Shown here: in pieces, positions 48,333 to 57,608 of the stretch
How positions within the stretch are numbered: the first letter of the stretch is position 1
How the letters are laid out: each line of letters starts with the position of its first letter
DNA from: Candidatus Nanopelagicales bacterium
GTDB lineage: Bacteria; Actinomycetota; Actinomycetes; S36-B12; CAIYMF01
Assembly: GCA_039812125.1 (NCBI GenBank)
Contig: JBDHZV010000002.1
Span: 1,877-65,876 of the forward strand
Reading direction: 5' to 3'
Length of the DNA stretch: 64,000 bases
Notes under the pieces: model-generated
The model's input: only the letters and a program-made list of their open reading frames with translations
Told to the model about the DNA's origin: nothing
Database searches by the model: none
Position numbers and translations under genes: made by a program

Positions 48333-49433
48333 ATGAGCGTCATGGCCAACGTCATCCACGGCGACGAGGCCGTCAGCTTCGACGAGGCACTGCGGACGCA
48401 GGCGTCGTCGTGCGCCGGTCTGGGCTCGACCCTGTCGCACGACGTCCTGCTCGCCCTGATCGACCTGGCGGCACCCGGGGGCGAGCTGTACGGGATGTTC
48501 GCTGAGTGGCGCTCGGTGCGCGGCGGCGACCTCGTCGGCCTGCGGCTGCTGGCCGCGGCGCACCGCATCGTGCTGACCCGACGCTCGCCCCGGCTGGCGG
48601 CGCACTACCCGACCACCGGCGGGGTCGCCCCGGTCGACGACGCGGGCCGGGAGGACCTGCGCGCCGCGCTGGCCGAGGCGTTCCTGCACCATCCCGGCGC
48701 GGTCGAGGACTCACTGCGCCGGATCCCGCAGACCAACGAGACCGGCCGGGGACTGCCGCTTCGCGGCGCCCTCTCGCGGGTCGCGGCCGCTCATGGCCAC
48801 CCGATCCGGCTGCACGAGCTCGCGGCGTCCGCCGGGCTGAACCTGCGCGCCGACGCGATGCCGTGGGCGCAGATCCCGATGGCCCCCCCGATCCGGATCG
48901 TCGAACGGTCCGGCTGCGACCTGCACCCGCTGGACGTGACCAACCCCGAGGACCGGTTGACCCTGGCCTGCTACGTCTGGGGCGACGACCTGGCCCGCTT
49001 CGAGCGGCTGCGGACCTCGTTCGCGCTGGCCCAGCGGATCCCGGCCACGATCAAGGCCATGCCCGCCGGGGCCTACATGGCGGCGCTGACCCACGCGGAG
49101 CCGGTGCCGCGCCAGACGCTGGTGATCTGGCACTCGGCCACCTGGTTCTACCTGGACCGGCAGTCCCGCGCCGAGATCCGCTCGGCGGTACGGCGGCTGG
49201 GGCACCGGGCCACCCCGACCAGCCCCGTCGTGCACCTGTCCTGGGAGTGGATGCGCGACTCGAGCGACCCGGCCCGCTCGTACGCCCTGATCGGGCGGTC
49301 CTGGCCGGCGGCGGGGGCATGGGCGCCGTGGCGGGCGGGCACGTCGGTGCAGCTGGGCACCGGTCCGGCCCACGGCATGCCGGTGCGCTGGAGTGAGCCG
49401 CGGCCGCTGTCCGCCGATCCGCTGGAGGCCTGA
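48333..49433 (+). CDS. DUF2332-like protein
   Basis: Part of ORF 48225..49433, from the ATG at 48333. The FDEALRTQASSCAGLGSTLS opening and LVIWHSATWFYL near the C-terminus match my recollection of DUF2332. Function is unknown. Confidence 0.5.
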   Translation: MSVMANVIHGDEAVSFDEALRTQASSCAGLGSTLSHDVLLALIDLAAPGGELYGMFAEWRSVRGGDLVGLRLLAAAHRIVLTRRSPRLAAHYPTTGGVAPVDDAGREDLRAALAEAFLHHPGAVEDSLRRIPQTNETGRGLPLRGALSRVAAAHGHPIRLHELAASAGLNLRADAMPWAQIPMAPPIRIVERSGCDLHPLDVTNPEDRLTLACYVWGDDLARFERLRTSFALAQRIPATIKAMPAGAYMAALTHAEPVPRQTLVIWHSATWFYLDRQSRAEIRSAVRRLGHRATPTSPVVHLSWEWMRDSSDPARSYALIGRSWPAAGAWAPWRAGTSVQLGTGPAHGMPVRWSEPRPLSADPLEA

Positions 49434-49478
49434 GCCACACCCGCCGGGTCGTCACGACCCCTCGCGGGGGCGAGCGGG

Positions 49479-49913
49479 TCAGACCGGGAGGTCCAGCCAG
49501 ACCACCTTGCTGTGCCCCGTGGTGCGCCAGCCCCAGCGCGCCGAGAGCTTGTCCACCAGCTCCATGCCACGACCGCCCTCGTCGTCGGGGCGAGCGGTGC
49601 GCGGGGCCACCTGTCGGTCGATCGCCGAATCCGCCACCTCGAGACGCAGGAAGCCGTCGCGCACATAGGCCCGCACGTCGATCGGGCCGCCGGCGTGGCG
49701 CACGGCGTTGGTGACCAGCTCCGAGGCCAGCAGCTCGGCGTCGTCGGTGAGCTGGGGCAGGTGGGCGGCCGTCAGGAAGCGGGCGACGGCGTGACGAGCC
49801 TCTCGTGGTGCGCGGGCATCAGGGGAGAGGATCTCGTGCAGGGCCATGCCGGTGAGATACCCACCGGTTCGGGGATCCACACCTGGCTCGTGCGGCGCCG
49901 CCGCGTCAGGCAT
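49479..49913 (-). CDS. HATPase_c_2 (RsbW/SpoIIAB-like) serine kinase / anti-sigma-type ATP-binding protein
   Basis: N-box ELVTNAVRHAG and G-box DDEGGRGMELVDKLSARWG. The ATG at 49913 overlaps the upstream hydrolase stop (ATGCCTGA). Confidence 0.65.
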   Translation of the reverse strand: MPDAAAPHEPGVDPRTGGYLTGMALHEILSPDARAPREARHAVARFLTAAHLPQLTDDAELLASELVTNAVRHAGGPIDVRAYVRDGFLRLEVADSAIDRQVAPRTARPDDEGGRGMELVDKLSARWGWRTTGHSKVVWLDLPV

Positions 49914-50787
49914 CGACGTGGGCCATCCCAGCCGCGTGGCTGAAGATGTCGTGCAGGACGGTCGCCGCGAGCCGGGGGTCCTCGGCTGCCGGACTGTGCC
50001 CGACACCGGGCAGCAGGTGCCACGGGACGGCCAGCCGGATGGCCATCCGCTCCTGCTCGTCCGGTGGCCATGCGTCGTCGCGCTCGCCGGTCACCACCGC
50101 GCTCGGCAGCCCGGCCGTGGCCAGGGCGGCGGCCGCGAGCTCGGTGCGGTCCGGGGCGGTCATCAGGATCGTCGCGAAGTCGGCCAGCGCGTCCGGGTCG
50201 TTGGCGAGGAACCGGCGCCGCACGAACGTGGCGACGTCGTCGCTGGGCGGGGTCCAGCCGCCGGCCCGGTCCGCGGCCTCCTTCTGCTGCCAGATCGCCG
50301 TCATCGGCAGCACCCCGATCGCCTGCGACAGCGCCTGCAGGGACGGCCAGGTCGCTGCGGGCACGGGCCCCGGCCCGCTGCACAGCAGCGTCCAGGACGC
50401 CAGCCCGGACGTGTCGGCCAGCACGACCTCACGGGTCACCAGCCCGCCCATGGAGTGCCCGACCAGGTGCACGCCGCGCCCGTCGTCGAGGCGGTCGATC
50501 TCGGCGCGCACCGACTGCGCCAGCGCGGCCGGGGTGTGCGACCCCCGCGGTCCGAGGCCCGGGAAGCCCGCCTGGCCCGGCAGGTCCATCGCGGCGGCGC
50601 GCCACCCCAGCGCCGCCAGGGGCGCGAGCACCGCCAGGAAGTCCTCCTTGGACCCGGTGAACCCCGGGACCAGCAGGGCGGTGCCGTGCGACGGCGCGGG
50701 CTCGGCCAGCAGCGTCGGCACCGGCCACTCCGGGGGCTCGGAAAGCGCCACGCCGTCGGGCATGGCGATGAAGGGCGGGGTGCTCAT
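49906..50787 (-). CDS. Alpha/beta hydrolase
   Basis: The last 293 codons of ORF 49906..51405, from the ATG at 50787. Nucleophile elbow GHSMGG, HG-like LVPGFTGS and a C-terminal GVGHSP. Confidence 0.75.
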   Translation of the reverse strand: MSTPPFIAMPDGVALSEPPEWPVPTLLAEPAPSHGTALLVPGFTGSKEDFLAVLAPLAALGWRAAAMDLPGQAGFPGLGPRGSHTPAALAQSVRAEIDRLDDGRGVHLVGHSMGGLVTREVVLADTSGLASWTLLCSGPGPVPAATWPSLQALSQAIGVLPMTAIWQQKEAADRAGGWTPPSDDVATFVRRRFLANDPDALADFATILMTAPDRTELAAAALATAGLPSAVVTGERDDAWPPDEQERMAIRLAVPWHLLPGVGHSPAAEDPRLAATVLHDIFSHAAGMAHVDA

Positions 50788-50832
50788 GGTGTGCACAATA
50801 GAGCCGCAGCCGCCGACCGCGCAGGGGTGCCC

Positions 50833-51624
50833 ATGACGCGCACGATCGCAGTAGCCAACCAGAAGGGCGGCGTCGCCAAGACCACCACCGTGGCCTCGAC
50901 GGGTGCCGCGCTCGTCGAGCTGGGCCAGCGGGTGCTGCTCGTGGACCTCGACCCGCAGGCGTGCCTGACGTTCTCGCTGGGCCTGGACCCCGAGGCGCTC
51001 GGCATCTCGGTGCACGACGTGCTGCTCGGCAGGGTGGCCGCCGGGGCGGCCATCGTGCCCACGGACGAGGGCATCGACCTGCTGCCGGCCACGATCGACC
51101 TGGCGGGCACGGAGGCCCAGCTGCTGACCCGCACCGGCCGCGAGTTCGCCCTGCGCGCGGCCCTGGCCGACGTCACCTCCGACTACGACACGATCCTGCT
51201 GGACTGCTCCCCGTCGCTGGGGGTGCTCACCATCAACGCGCTGACGGCCGCTGACGAGGTGCTCATCCCGCTGCAGTGCGAGACCCTGTCGCACCGCGGG
51301 GTGGGTCAGCTGCTGGACACGATCGGCGACGTCCGCAGGATCACCAACCGCGACCTGACGGTGCTCGGCGTCCTGCCGACGCTGTACGACGCCCGAACCA
51401 CGCACGCCCGGGCGGTCCTAGCCGACATCTCCGACCGGTACGGCCTGCCCGTCCTGGTGCCGCCGATCCCGCGCTCCATCCGGTTCGCGGAAGCCCCTGC
51501 CGCCGGCCGCTCCGTGCTGTCGGGCAGCCGGTTCCGGGGAGCCCAGGCGTACCGCGAGCTGGCCCAGGGGCTGGTCGACGGCAGCGCCGTGAGCGTGGCT
51601 GCCGCGGCTGGGGCCGGAGCATGA
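50833..51624 (+). CDS. ParA/Soj-like ATPase (orphan, not at a par locus)
   Basis: ATG at 50833. Deviant Walker A NQKGGVAKTT, then LLVDLDPQ and ILLDCSPSLG. Confidence 0.85.
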   Translation: MTRTIAVANQKGGVAKTTTVASTGAALVELGQRVLLVDLDPQACLTFSLGLDPEALGISVHDVLLGRVAAGAAIVPTDEGIDLLPATIDLAGTEAQLLTRTGREFALRAALADVTSDYDTILLDCSPSLGVLTINALTAADEVLIPLQCETLSHRGVGQLLDTIGDVRRITNRDLTVLGVLPTLYDARTTHARAVLADISDRYGLPVLVPPIPRSIRFAEAPAAGRSVLSGSRFRGAQAYRELAQGLVDGSAVSVAAAAGAGA

Positions 51625-51917
51625 CCACCTCGTTCGACCGGGTCCGCACCCGCACCGGCAGTGGGGGACCCGGTCCCACCGTGGACGCCCAGGGCAAGGC
51701 GGCGCTGTTCAGCCACTCGCCGGTGGCGCCCTCGTGGGGCCGGACGCTGGTGGTCACGTGCTCGGCCTGCCACGGCTCGACCTGCGTGTCCTACCTGCAC
51801 GCGCTGACCCTCGCGCTGCCCAGCCTGCACCTGCTGGTCGTCCGTCGGGACTACCCGTCGTGGATGCGCTGCCCGTCGTGCGGCCGGCGCACCTGGGTCA
51901 GCCTGCGGTTCTGCTGA
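51621..51917 (+). CDS. Small CxxC...CxxC (zinc-ribbon-like) protein translationally coupled to the ParA-like gene
   Basis: ATGA overlap with the ParA stop. The 98-aa product contains CSACHGSTC and CPSCGRR about 40 residues apart. This is the last part of ORF 51276..51917. Confidence 0.45.
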   Translation: MTTSFDRVRTRTGSGGPGPTVDAQGKAALFSHSPVAPSWGRTLVVTCSACHGSTCVSYLHALTLALPSLHLLVVRRDYPSWMRCPSCGRRTWVSLRFC

Positions 51918-51961
51918 GCCGCAGGCTCCCCTTCGGTCGGCAGGCCGGGCCCGCGGTGGCC

Positions 51962-53479
51962 CTACGACTCGGACGCGGGGCTGGCCGGGGCGCCGCCCTG
52001 GCCGCTCTGGGCCTGGTCCCCGACCGCCGCCCCACCGCGGGTGCGCCGCCGCTGGCGCGGCCGGCGCCGCCGGGGCCGCTCCTCCTTGCTCGGCGGGGCC
52101 TCGACCTCGCGGGACTCCTTCGGGCCATGGCCGATCGTCTGGCCGTGGTGGTGGGAGTGCCCGCTGCGCTGATGGCCGCGGCCCCGGGCGGCCGCTGGAG
52201 CCCGACCCCCGAGGTCCTCGACCTCCTCGGCGTCCAGTCCGGCGTGCGTGCGGGCAGCCCTCGGCAGGGTGCCGGCCGTGCCCGCGGGGATCCCCAGCCC
52301 GGCGTACAGGTGCTCGGAGGTGTGGTAGGTCTCCACCGGCTCGTGGAACGGCAGCCCCAGGGCCCGGTTGATCAGCTGCCAGCGGGGCACGTCCTCCCAG
52401 TCCACGAACGTGATCGCCACGCCCGAGGCGCCGGCCCGACCGGTCCGGCCCACCCGGTGCAGGTAGGTCTTCTCGTCGTCCGGGCACTCGTAGTTGATCA
52501 CGTGGGTCACGCCCTCGACGTCGATGCCACGCGCGGCGACGTCCGTCGCGACCAGGATGTCGACCTTGCCGTTGCGGAACGCGCGCAGCGCCTGCTCCCG
52601 GGCGCCCTGGCCGAGGTCACCGTGCACCGCGCCGGCGGCGAAGCCGCGCTCGGTGAGGTCATCGGCGACCGCTTGGGCGCGCCGCTTGGTGCGGCAGAAG
52701 ATCATGGACGGGCCGTGGCCGTCGGCCTGCATGACCCGGGCCAGGATCTCCACCTTGTTCAACGGGTGGACCCGCCAGACGTGCTGCTCGATCGCGTCCA
52801 CGGTGGCGGAGTCGTCATCCGGGCTGATCGCGCGGATGTGGGTGGGCGTCGACATGTACCGGCGGGCCAGCGTGATGATCTGCCCGGGCATGGTCGCCGA
52901 GAACAGCATGGTCTGGCGGGTGGCCGACAGCATCGACACGATCCGCTCGACATCGGGCAGGAACCCCATGTCCAGCATCTCGTCGGCCTCGTCGAGGACC
53001 AGGACGGACACGTGGCCCAGGACCAGGTGCCGCTGCCGGGCCAGGTCGATCAGGCGGCCCGGGGTCCCCACGACGACGTCGACGCCCTTGGTCAGGGCGT
53101 CGACCTGGGGCTCGTACGCCCGCCCGCCGTACACGGCGAGCACGCGGGCGCCCAGCCGGGCCCCGGCCTGCTGCAGGTCGCTGGTGACCTGCACGCACAG
53201 CTCACGGGTCGGCACGACGACGAGGGCCTTGGGGGCGCGCTGCTGGGCCTCGGGGAGCGAGGTGTACGCGTCGGTGCCCGGCGTGGCGATCCGCTGCAGC
53301 AGCGGGATCCCGAACCCCAGGGTCTTGCCGGTGCCGGTCTTGGCCTGGCCGATCAGGTCGCGGCCCTCGAGGGCCTGCGGGATGCACATCTCCTGGATCG
53401 GGAACGCATCGGTGATGCCGACGGCCGCGAGCGCGTCGGCGACGGGCGCGACGACGCCCAGTTCGGTGAAGGTGCTCAA
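51962..53479 (-). CDS. rhlE: DEAD-box ATP-dependent RNA helicase (RhlE-like)
   Basis: Q-motif FPIQ, AKTGTGKT, PTRELC, DEAD, SAT and HRVGRTGRAG, with a basic Arg-rich C-terminal tail. Confidence 0.95.
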   Translation of the reverse strand: MSTFTELGVVAPVADALAAVGITDAFPIQEMCIPQALEGRDLIGQAKTGTGKTLGFGIPLLQRIATPGTDAYTSLPEAQQRAPKALVVVPTRELCVQVTSDLQQAGARLGARVLAVYGGRAYEPQVDALTKGVDVVVGTPGRLIDLARQRHLVLGHVSVLVLDEADEMLDMGFLPDVERIVSMLSATRQTMLFSATMPGQIITLARRYMSTPTHIRAISPDDDSATVDAIEQHVWRVHPLNKVEILARVMQADGHGPSMIFCRTKRRAQAVADDLTERGFAAGAVHGDLGQGAREQALRAFRNGKVDILVATDVAARGIDVEGVTHVINYECPDDEKTYLHRVGRTGRAGASGVAITFVDWEDVPRWQLINRALGLPFHEPVETYHTSEHLYAGLGIPAGTAGTLPRAARTHAGLDAEEVEDLGGRAPAAARGRGHQRSGHSHHHGQTIGHGPKESREVEAPPSKEERPRRRRPRQRRRTRGGAAVGDQAQSGQGGAPASPASES

Positions 53480-53544
53480 ATCTCTCCTCAGTAGTGGCCC
53501 CAGCGTACCGTCACGGGCTGGCGGGGACGGGATACCTTTCCGCC

Positions 53545-54225
53545 ATGGCCTCCCCGTCGCGTCCCGACCTGTCCGAACCGGCCTATCGGCAGGGTGTCGT
53601 CGAGCTGCTGGCCCTGCTCGGCTGCGGGGAGTACCTGGCCTTCGAGCGGCTCGTGTCCGAGGCGGCGCTGGCCCCCACCCTGACCCAGCGGGTCCGGATG
53701 GCCCACATCGCCGAGGGCGAGCTGGCCCACTTCCGGATCCTGCGCGACCGGCTCGCGGAGATGGGGGAGGACCCCGAGGCGGTCATGACCGTGTTCCTTG
53801 GCCCGCTGGAGCGCTACCACCGCACCACGGCCCCCTCGGACTGGCTGGAGGGACTGGTGAAGGCGTACGTGGGCGACTCGATCGCCTCGGACTTCTACCG
53901 CCACATCGCCAGCTCGCTGGACGAGCAGACCGAGCGGATCGTGCTGGAGGTGTGCGCCGAGCTCGGCCAGACCGGGGTGGTCGTCGAGGAGGTCCGCGCC
54001 GCGATCGCCGCCGACCCCCGGGTCGCCGGGCGGCTGGCGCTGTGGGGCCGTCGCCTGCTCGGCGAGATGCTGTCGCAGGCGCAGACCGTGGCGGCCGAGC
54101 GCGACGCGCTCAGCGGGTTGATCCTGGGCGACGGCCAGCGCCCCGCCATCGAGCTGGACGGCCTGTTCGAGGGGCTGACCGCGGCGCACGTGGCCCGGAT
54201 GGGCGCGCTCGGCCTGGCGGCCTAG
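53545..54225 (+). CDS. Ferritin-like fold protein (function unknown)
   Basis: ATG at 53545. Helical, with E...EYLAFERL and EGELAHFRIL (ExxH-like) pairs suggesting a di-iron four-helix bundle. Confidence 0.5.
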   Translation: MASPSRPDLSEPAYRQGVVELLALLGCGEYLAFERLVSEAALAPTLTQRVRMAHIAEGELAHFRILRDRLAEMGEDPEAVMTVFLGPLERYHRTTAPSDWLEGLVKAYVGDSIASDFYRHIASSLDEQTERIVLEVCAELGQTGVVVEEVRAAIAADPRVAGRLALWGRRLLGEMLSQAQTVAAERDALSGLILGDGQRPAIELDGLFEGLTAAHVARMGALGLAA

Positions 54226-54249
54226 CGAGCTCCGCCTCCCGGGCGCCGG

Positions 54250-54474
54250 TCAGATCGTGCCGAAGCCGACCCGCCGGGTCTCCGCCGCGGCGATCTCGAC
54301 GTAGGCCAGCCGGTCGGCCGGGACCACCACGCGATGACCCTTCTCGTCGACGAGCACGAGCACCGGGCCGCCGGTCAGGGCCGCCTCGACCTTCGCCGAC
54401 ACCCCCTCGGGGGTGTCGTTCACGTCGATCACGAGCTCGCGGGCGGCCTGCTGGACGCCGATGCGCACCTCCAT
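54250..54474 (-). CDS. DUF3107 small protein
   Basis: MEVRIGVQQAARELVIDVNDTPEGVSAKVEAALTGGPVLVLVDEKGHRVVVPADRLAYVEI matches the DUF3107 (mycobacterial TB9.4-like) family as I recall it. Confidence 0.8.
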   Translation of the reverse strand: MEVRIGVQQAARELVIDVNDTPEGVSAKVEAALTGGPVLVLVDEKGHRVVVPADRLAYVEIAAAETRRVGFGTI

Positions 54475-54483
54475 GGGTGCCTC

Positions 54484-55104
54484 CTAGGGGTTCTGGGGGG
54501 ACAGGGGGAAGCCGGAGATGCCCCGCCAGGCCAGCGCCGTCATGGCGCGCGCGGCCTCGGACTGGGAGATCGTGCCCGGCGAGTGCAGCCAGCGACGCGC
54601 CGCGGTCTGGGCCATGCCGGTCAGGCCGGCGCCGAGCATCATCGCCCGCTCCTCGTCGAGGCCCGTGTCCTCGATGATGACGGCGGCGATCATCTCGGCG
54701 CACTTCTCGTTGGTGCGGGCCACCCGGCGCGAGACCTCGAGCACGTTGGTGAGGTCGGACTCGAAGATCAGCCGGAAGCCGCCCGACTCCTCGGCCACGA
54801 ACGAGAAGTACGCCTCGAAGGTCGCGTGCACGCGCCGCTTGTTCTCGTGGGTGGAGGCCAGCGCCGCCCGCACCGAGGTGATCAGCCGCTCGCTGATCTC
54901 GTCGAGCACCGCGAGGTAGAGCTCGAGCTTGCCCGGGAAGTGCTGGTACAGGACGGGCTTGGAGACCCCGGCGAGCTCGGCGATCGTGTCCATCCCGGCG
55001 GCGTGGTAGCCCTGCTGGACGAAGGCCTCGCGCGCCGCCCCGAGCAGCTGGGCGCGGCGCTCCTGGCGGGGCAGCCGGCCCGGTCGGTCGGTGGTCAGCG
55101 ACAT
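54484..55104 (-). CDS. TetR family transcriptional regulator
   Basis: N-terminal HTH AREAFVQQGYHAAGMDTIAELAGVSKPVLYQHFPGK. Confidence 0.9.
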   Translation of the reverse strand: MSLTTDRPGRLPRQERRAQLLGAAREAFVQQGYHAAGMDTIAELAGVSKPVLYQHFPGKLELYLAVLDEISERLITSVRAALASTHENKRRVHATFEAYFSFVAEESGGFRLIFESDLTNVLEVSRRVARTNEKCAEMIAAVIIEDTGLDEERAMMLGAGLTGMAQTAARRWLHSPGTISQSEAARAMTALAWRGISGFPLSPQNP

Positions 55105-55199
55105 GGGGGGAATAGTAGACCCAGCGTCGCGAGTGGGCGCCGGGCCGCGGCCACGGCTGCTCCGGCGCGCGGTCGGGTCCCGGCGTAGGCTGCCGGCTC

Positions 55200-56096
55200 G
55201 TGACCGTGCTGCCCGTTCCCCCTCCCGTCGACCAGGTGGACACCAAGGCCGGACCTGTCGCGGTGCGGCGCACCCCAGTGCGCGGCGACGGTCCCCATGA
55301 GCCGGCCGTGCTGGTCCACGGCCTCGGAGGGAACTCGCTGAACTGGGTCGACCTTGCAGACCGGCTGGCCGATCGGCTGGACTGCGTGTCGCTGGACCTG
55401 CCCGGCTTCGGGGGATCCGAGCCGCCCCGCGACGGCGACTACTCGCTGGCTGGGCATGCCCGCGCTGTCGCGGCGCTCACCGAGGCCGTGTTCCCGGGCC
55501 GGCCGGTGCACCTGTTCGGCAACTCGATGGGCGGGTCGATCGCGGTCGAGCTGGCGGCGCGTTCCCCGCACCTGGTGCGCACCCTGTGCCTGCTGTCCCC
55601 GGCCCTGCCCGCCCGCATGCCGCGCCGCACCAACGTGCACATCCCGGTGATGGCGGTGCCGCGGGTGGGCGATGCGCTGTTCGGCAGGTACCAGAGCGTG
55701 GACGTCGCCCGGCGGGTGCAGGCCACCTATGACCTGTGCTTCGCCGTGCCGGCGCGGCTGCACGAGCAGCGCCGGGCCGAGGCGGAGGAGGAGATGCGCC
55801 GGCGCGACGGCCTGCCCTGGGTTCGTGAGGCGTTCGTCGGGTCGGTGCAGGGGCTGCTGGCGACCTACGTCGACCGCAGTCCCGACCGGCCCTGGCAGCT
55901 CGCACGGCGGGTCCAGGCGCCGACCCTGCTGATCTATGGCAGGAAGGACAAGCTCGTGGACGCCCGTGCCGCGCATCGAGCCACGACGGCGTTCCGGTCG
56001 GCGCACGTGGTGGTGCTGCCGGACGCCGGGCACATCGCCCAGGTCGAGCGCCCGGAGGTCGTGGCCCGGATGTGGCAGGACGTGCTCGGAGGCTGA
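55200..56096 (+). CDS. Alpha/beta hydrolase
   Basis: VLVHGLGGNSLNW, nucleophile elbow GNSMGG and C-terminal DAGHIAQVERPE. Confidence 0.85.
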   Translation: MTVLPVPPPVDQVDTKAGPVAVRRTPVRGDGPHEPAVLVHGLGGNSLNWVDLADRLADRLDCVSLDLPGFGGSEPPRDGDYSLAGHARAVAALTEAVFPGRPVHLFGNSMGGSIAVELAARSPHLVRTLCLLSPALPARMPRRTNVHIPVMAVPRVGDALFGRYQSVDVARRVQATYDLCFAVPARLHEQRRAEAEEEMRRRDGLPWVREAFVGSVQGLLATYVDRSPDRPWQLARRVQAPTLLIYGRKDKLVDARAAHRATTAFRSAHVVVLPDAGHIAQVERPEVVARMWQDVLGG

Positions 56097-56231
56097 TCCG
56101 GGGCGCTGGGCCGTTCGGGTGGTCGCGCGTCGTCGCGCGGCGCAGCCGTGGCGGGTCGCCCGGGTCGCTCGCTACCGTGGGTCACGACCTGTTCCTGGAG
56201 AGTGATCGCTCGGCACGGGGGTGCGAACGGG

Positions 56232-57437
56232 ATGGCGAGGCTCGGCTCTGTGGTCCAGCGGTTCCCACCACGCGTCCTGGACGGCGTCGGGGTCGGGATC
56301 CTGGCCGCGGTGCTGGTCGCGATGCAGCCGGCCATGGCGCAGTCCCAGGCCGGCGACCTGCAGGTCTACCACCTTGCCGTGCGACGTCTGCTCACCGACG
56401 ACGTCTACCACCACGGCTACCCCGACTGGCCCTTCACCTACCCGCCCAGCGCCCTGGTGCTCCTCGGCTTCGCCGGCCTGCCCTGGCCGGTGGCCCGTGG
56501 ACTCATGCTCACGCTGTCGGTGGCGGCGTGCGCGGTCACCATGACCCTGACCATTCGGGCGGCTGCACCGGGGAGCCGATGGGTGCGCCCCGGGCCGGTG
56601 GCGGTGGCCACCGCACTCATGCTGCTCTCCCCAGCCGTCGTGGTCGGGACCTGGCTGGGACAGGCTGCCCCGGTGGTGCTGGGGCTGTCGGCGGTCGCGG
56701 CCTACGGCCACCGGCCCACTCGTGACGGCATCGTCATCGCAGTGGCGGCGGCCATCAAGCTGACGCCTGCCCTGTTCGTCGTGCACTGGGCGTTGACGGG
56801 TCGGCGTCGCCACGTGCTCCGTGCGAGTGTGGCATTCGCCGTGATCACGGGGGCAACGGCGCTGGTCATGCCGCGCTCGTCGTGGTGGTACTTCGGGCAG
56901 GGCGGCATGCTGCGCGCTGCGCAGGACTACGACAGCCCCAGCAACCAGGCGATCTCCGGGACCCTGGCCCGGCTCGGGCTGGACTCCGCAGCAGGGCGTG
57001 GCCTTGCCGTCGTGCTGGCGCTGCTCGCCCTGCCCTGGGCCCTGCTGGTGGCCCGCCGGCTGCACCGGGCGGGCCGGAGCGCGGTAGCGATCCCCCTGGT
57101 GGGCGTCTGGTCCGGGCTGGCCGCCCCGCTGGCGTGGATCCACGCCTTCGGCTGGTGGGTCCCGCTCGCGGTGGGGGCGGGGATGACAGCGGTGGGCCGC
57201 AGGGACCGGGCGGCTGCGCTGCTGGCCCTGCTCGGGCCGCTGGTCATGTACCTGGGACCCTGGGGGGCGCCGGGCACGGACGGTGCAGTCACGGCCCTCT
57301 GGTGCGCCAACAACCTCATCGTGGGCGTCATCGTGACGCTGCTGCTGCAGGGCCCGGTGCGCGGCGAGCCCACCCGGCCCGCCGCCGAGCCGGCAGGTCC
57401 CGGGCAGCGGGCGCGGGCCGCGGTGGGCCCGGCCTAG
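56232..57437 (+). CDS. GT87/DUF2029 family polyprenol-phosphate-sugar-dependent glycosyltransferase (PimE-like), copy a
   Basis: GDLQVYHLAVRRLL...FTYPPSALVLL and AAAIKLTPALFV are the DxxVY / FTYPP / KLTP hallmarks of GT87. Polytopic. The ATG at 56232 is uncertain. Confidence 0.75.
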   Translation: MARLGSVVQRFPPRVLDGVGVGILAAVLVAMQPAMAQSQAGDLQVYHLAVRRLLTDDVYHHGYPDWPFTYPPSALVLLGFAGLPWPVARGLMLTLSVAACAVTMTLTIRAAAPGSRWVRPGPVAVATALMLLSPAVVVGTWLGQAAPVVLGLSAVAAYGHRPTRDGIVIAVAAAIKLTPALFVVHWALTGRRRHVLRASVAFAVITGATALVMPRSSWWYFGQGGMLRAAQDYDSPSNQAISGTLARLGLDSAAGRGLAVVLALLALPWALLVARRLHRAGRSAVAIPLVGVWSGLAAPLAWIHAFGWWVPLAVGAGMTAVGRRDRAAALLALLGPLVMYLGPWGAPGTDGAVTALWCANNLIVGVIVTLLLQGPVRGEPTRPAAEPAGPGQRARAAVGPA

Positions 57438-57608
57438 TCGATCCGGCCGCACCGAGCCCGCGGCCGCAACGGGCGGGGGCATGGCCCCGCGAGCGGGGCT
57501 GGGCTCAACTTCGAGCCGGCGCGGCCGATCGGAGGAGCGGGTCCCCAGCGGGGGGCCGCGACGCGTGGTCGCGTCGGTCGTCCCGGCGACCCCGGAGGAG
57601 GGCAGCCC

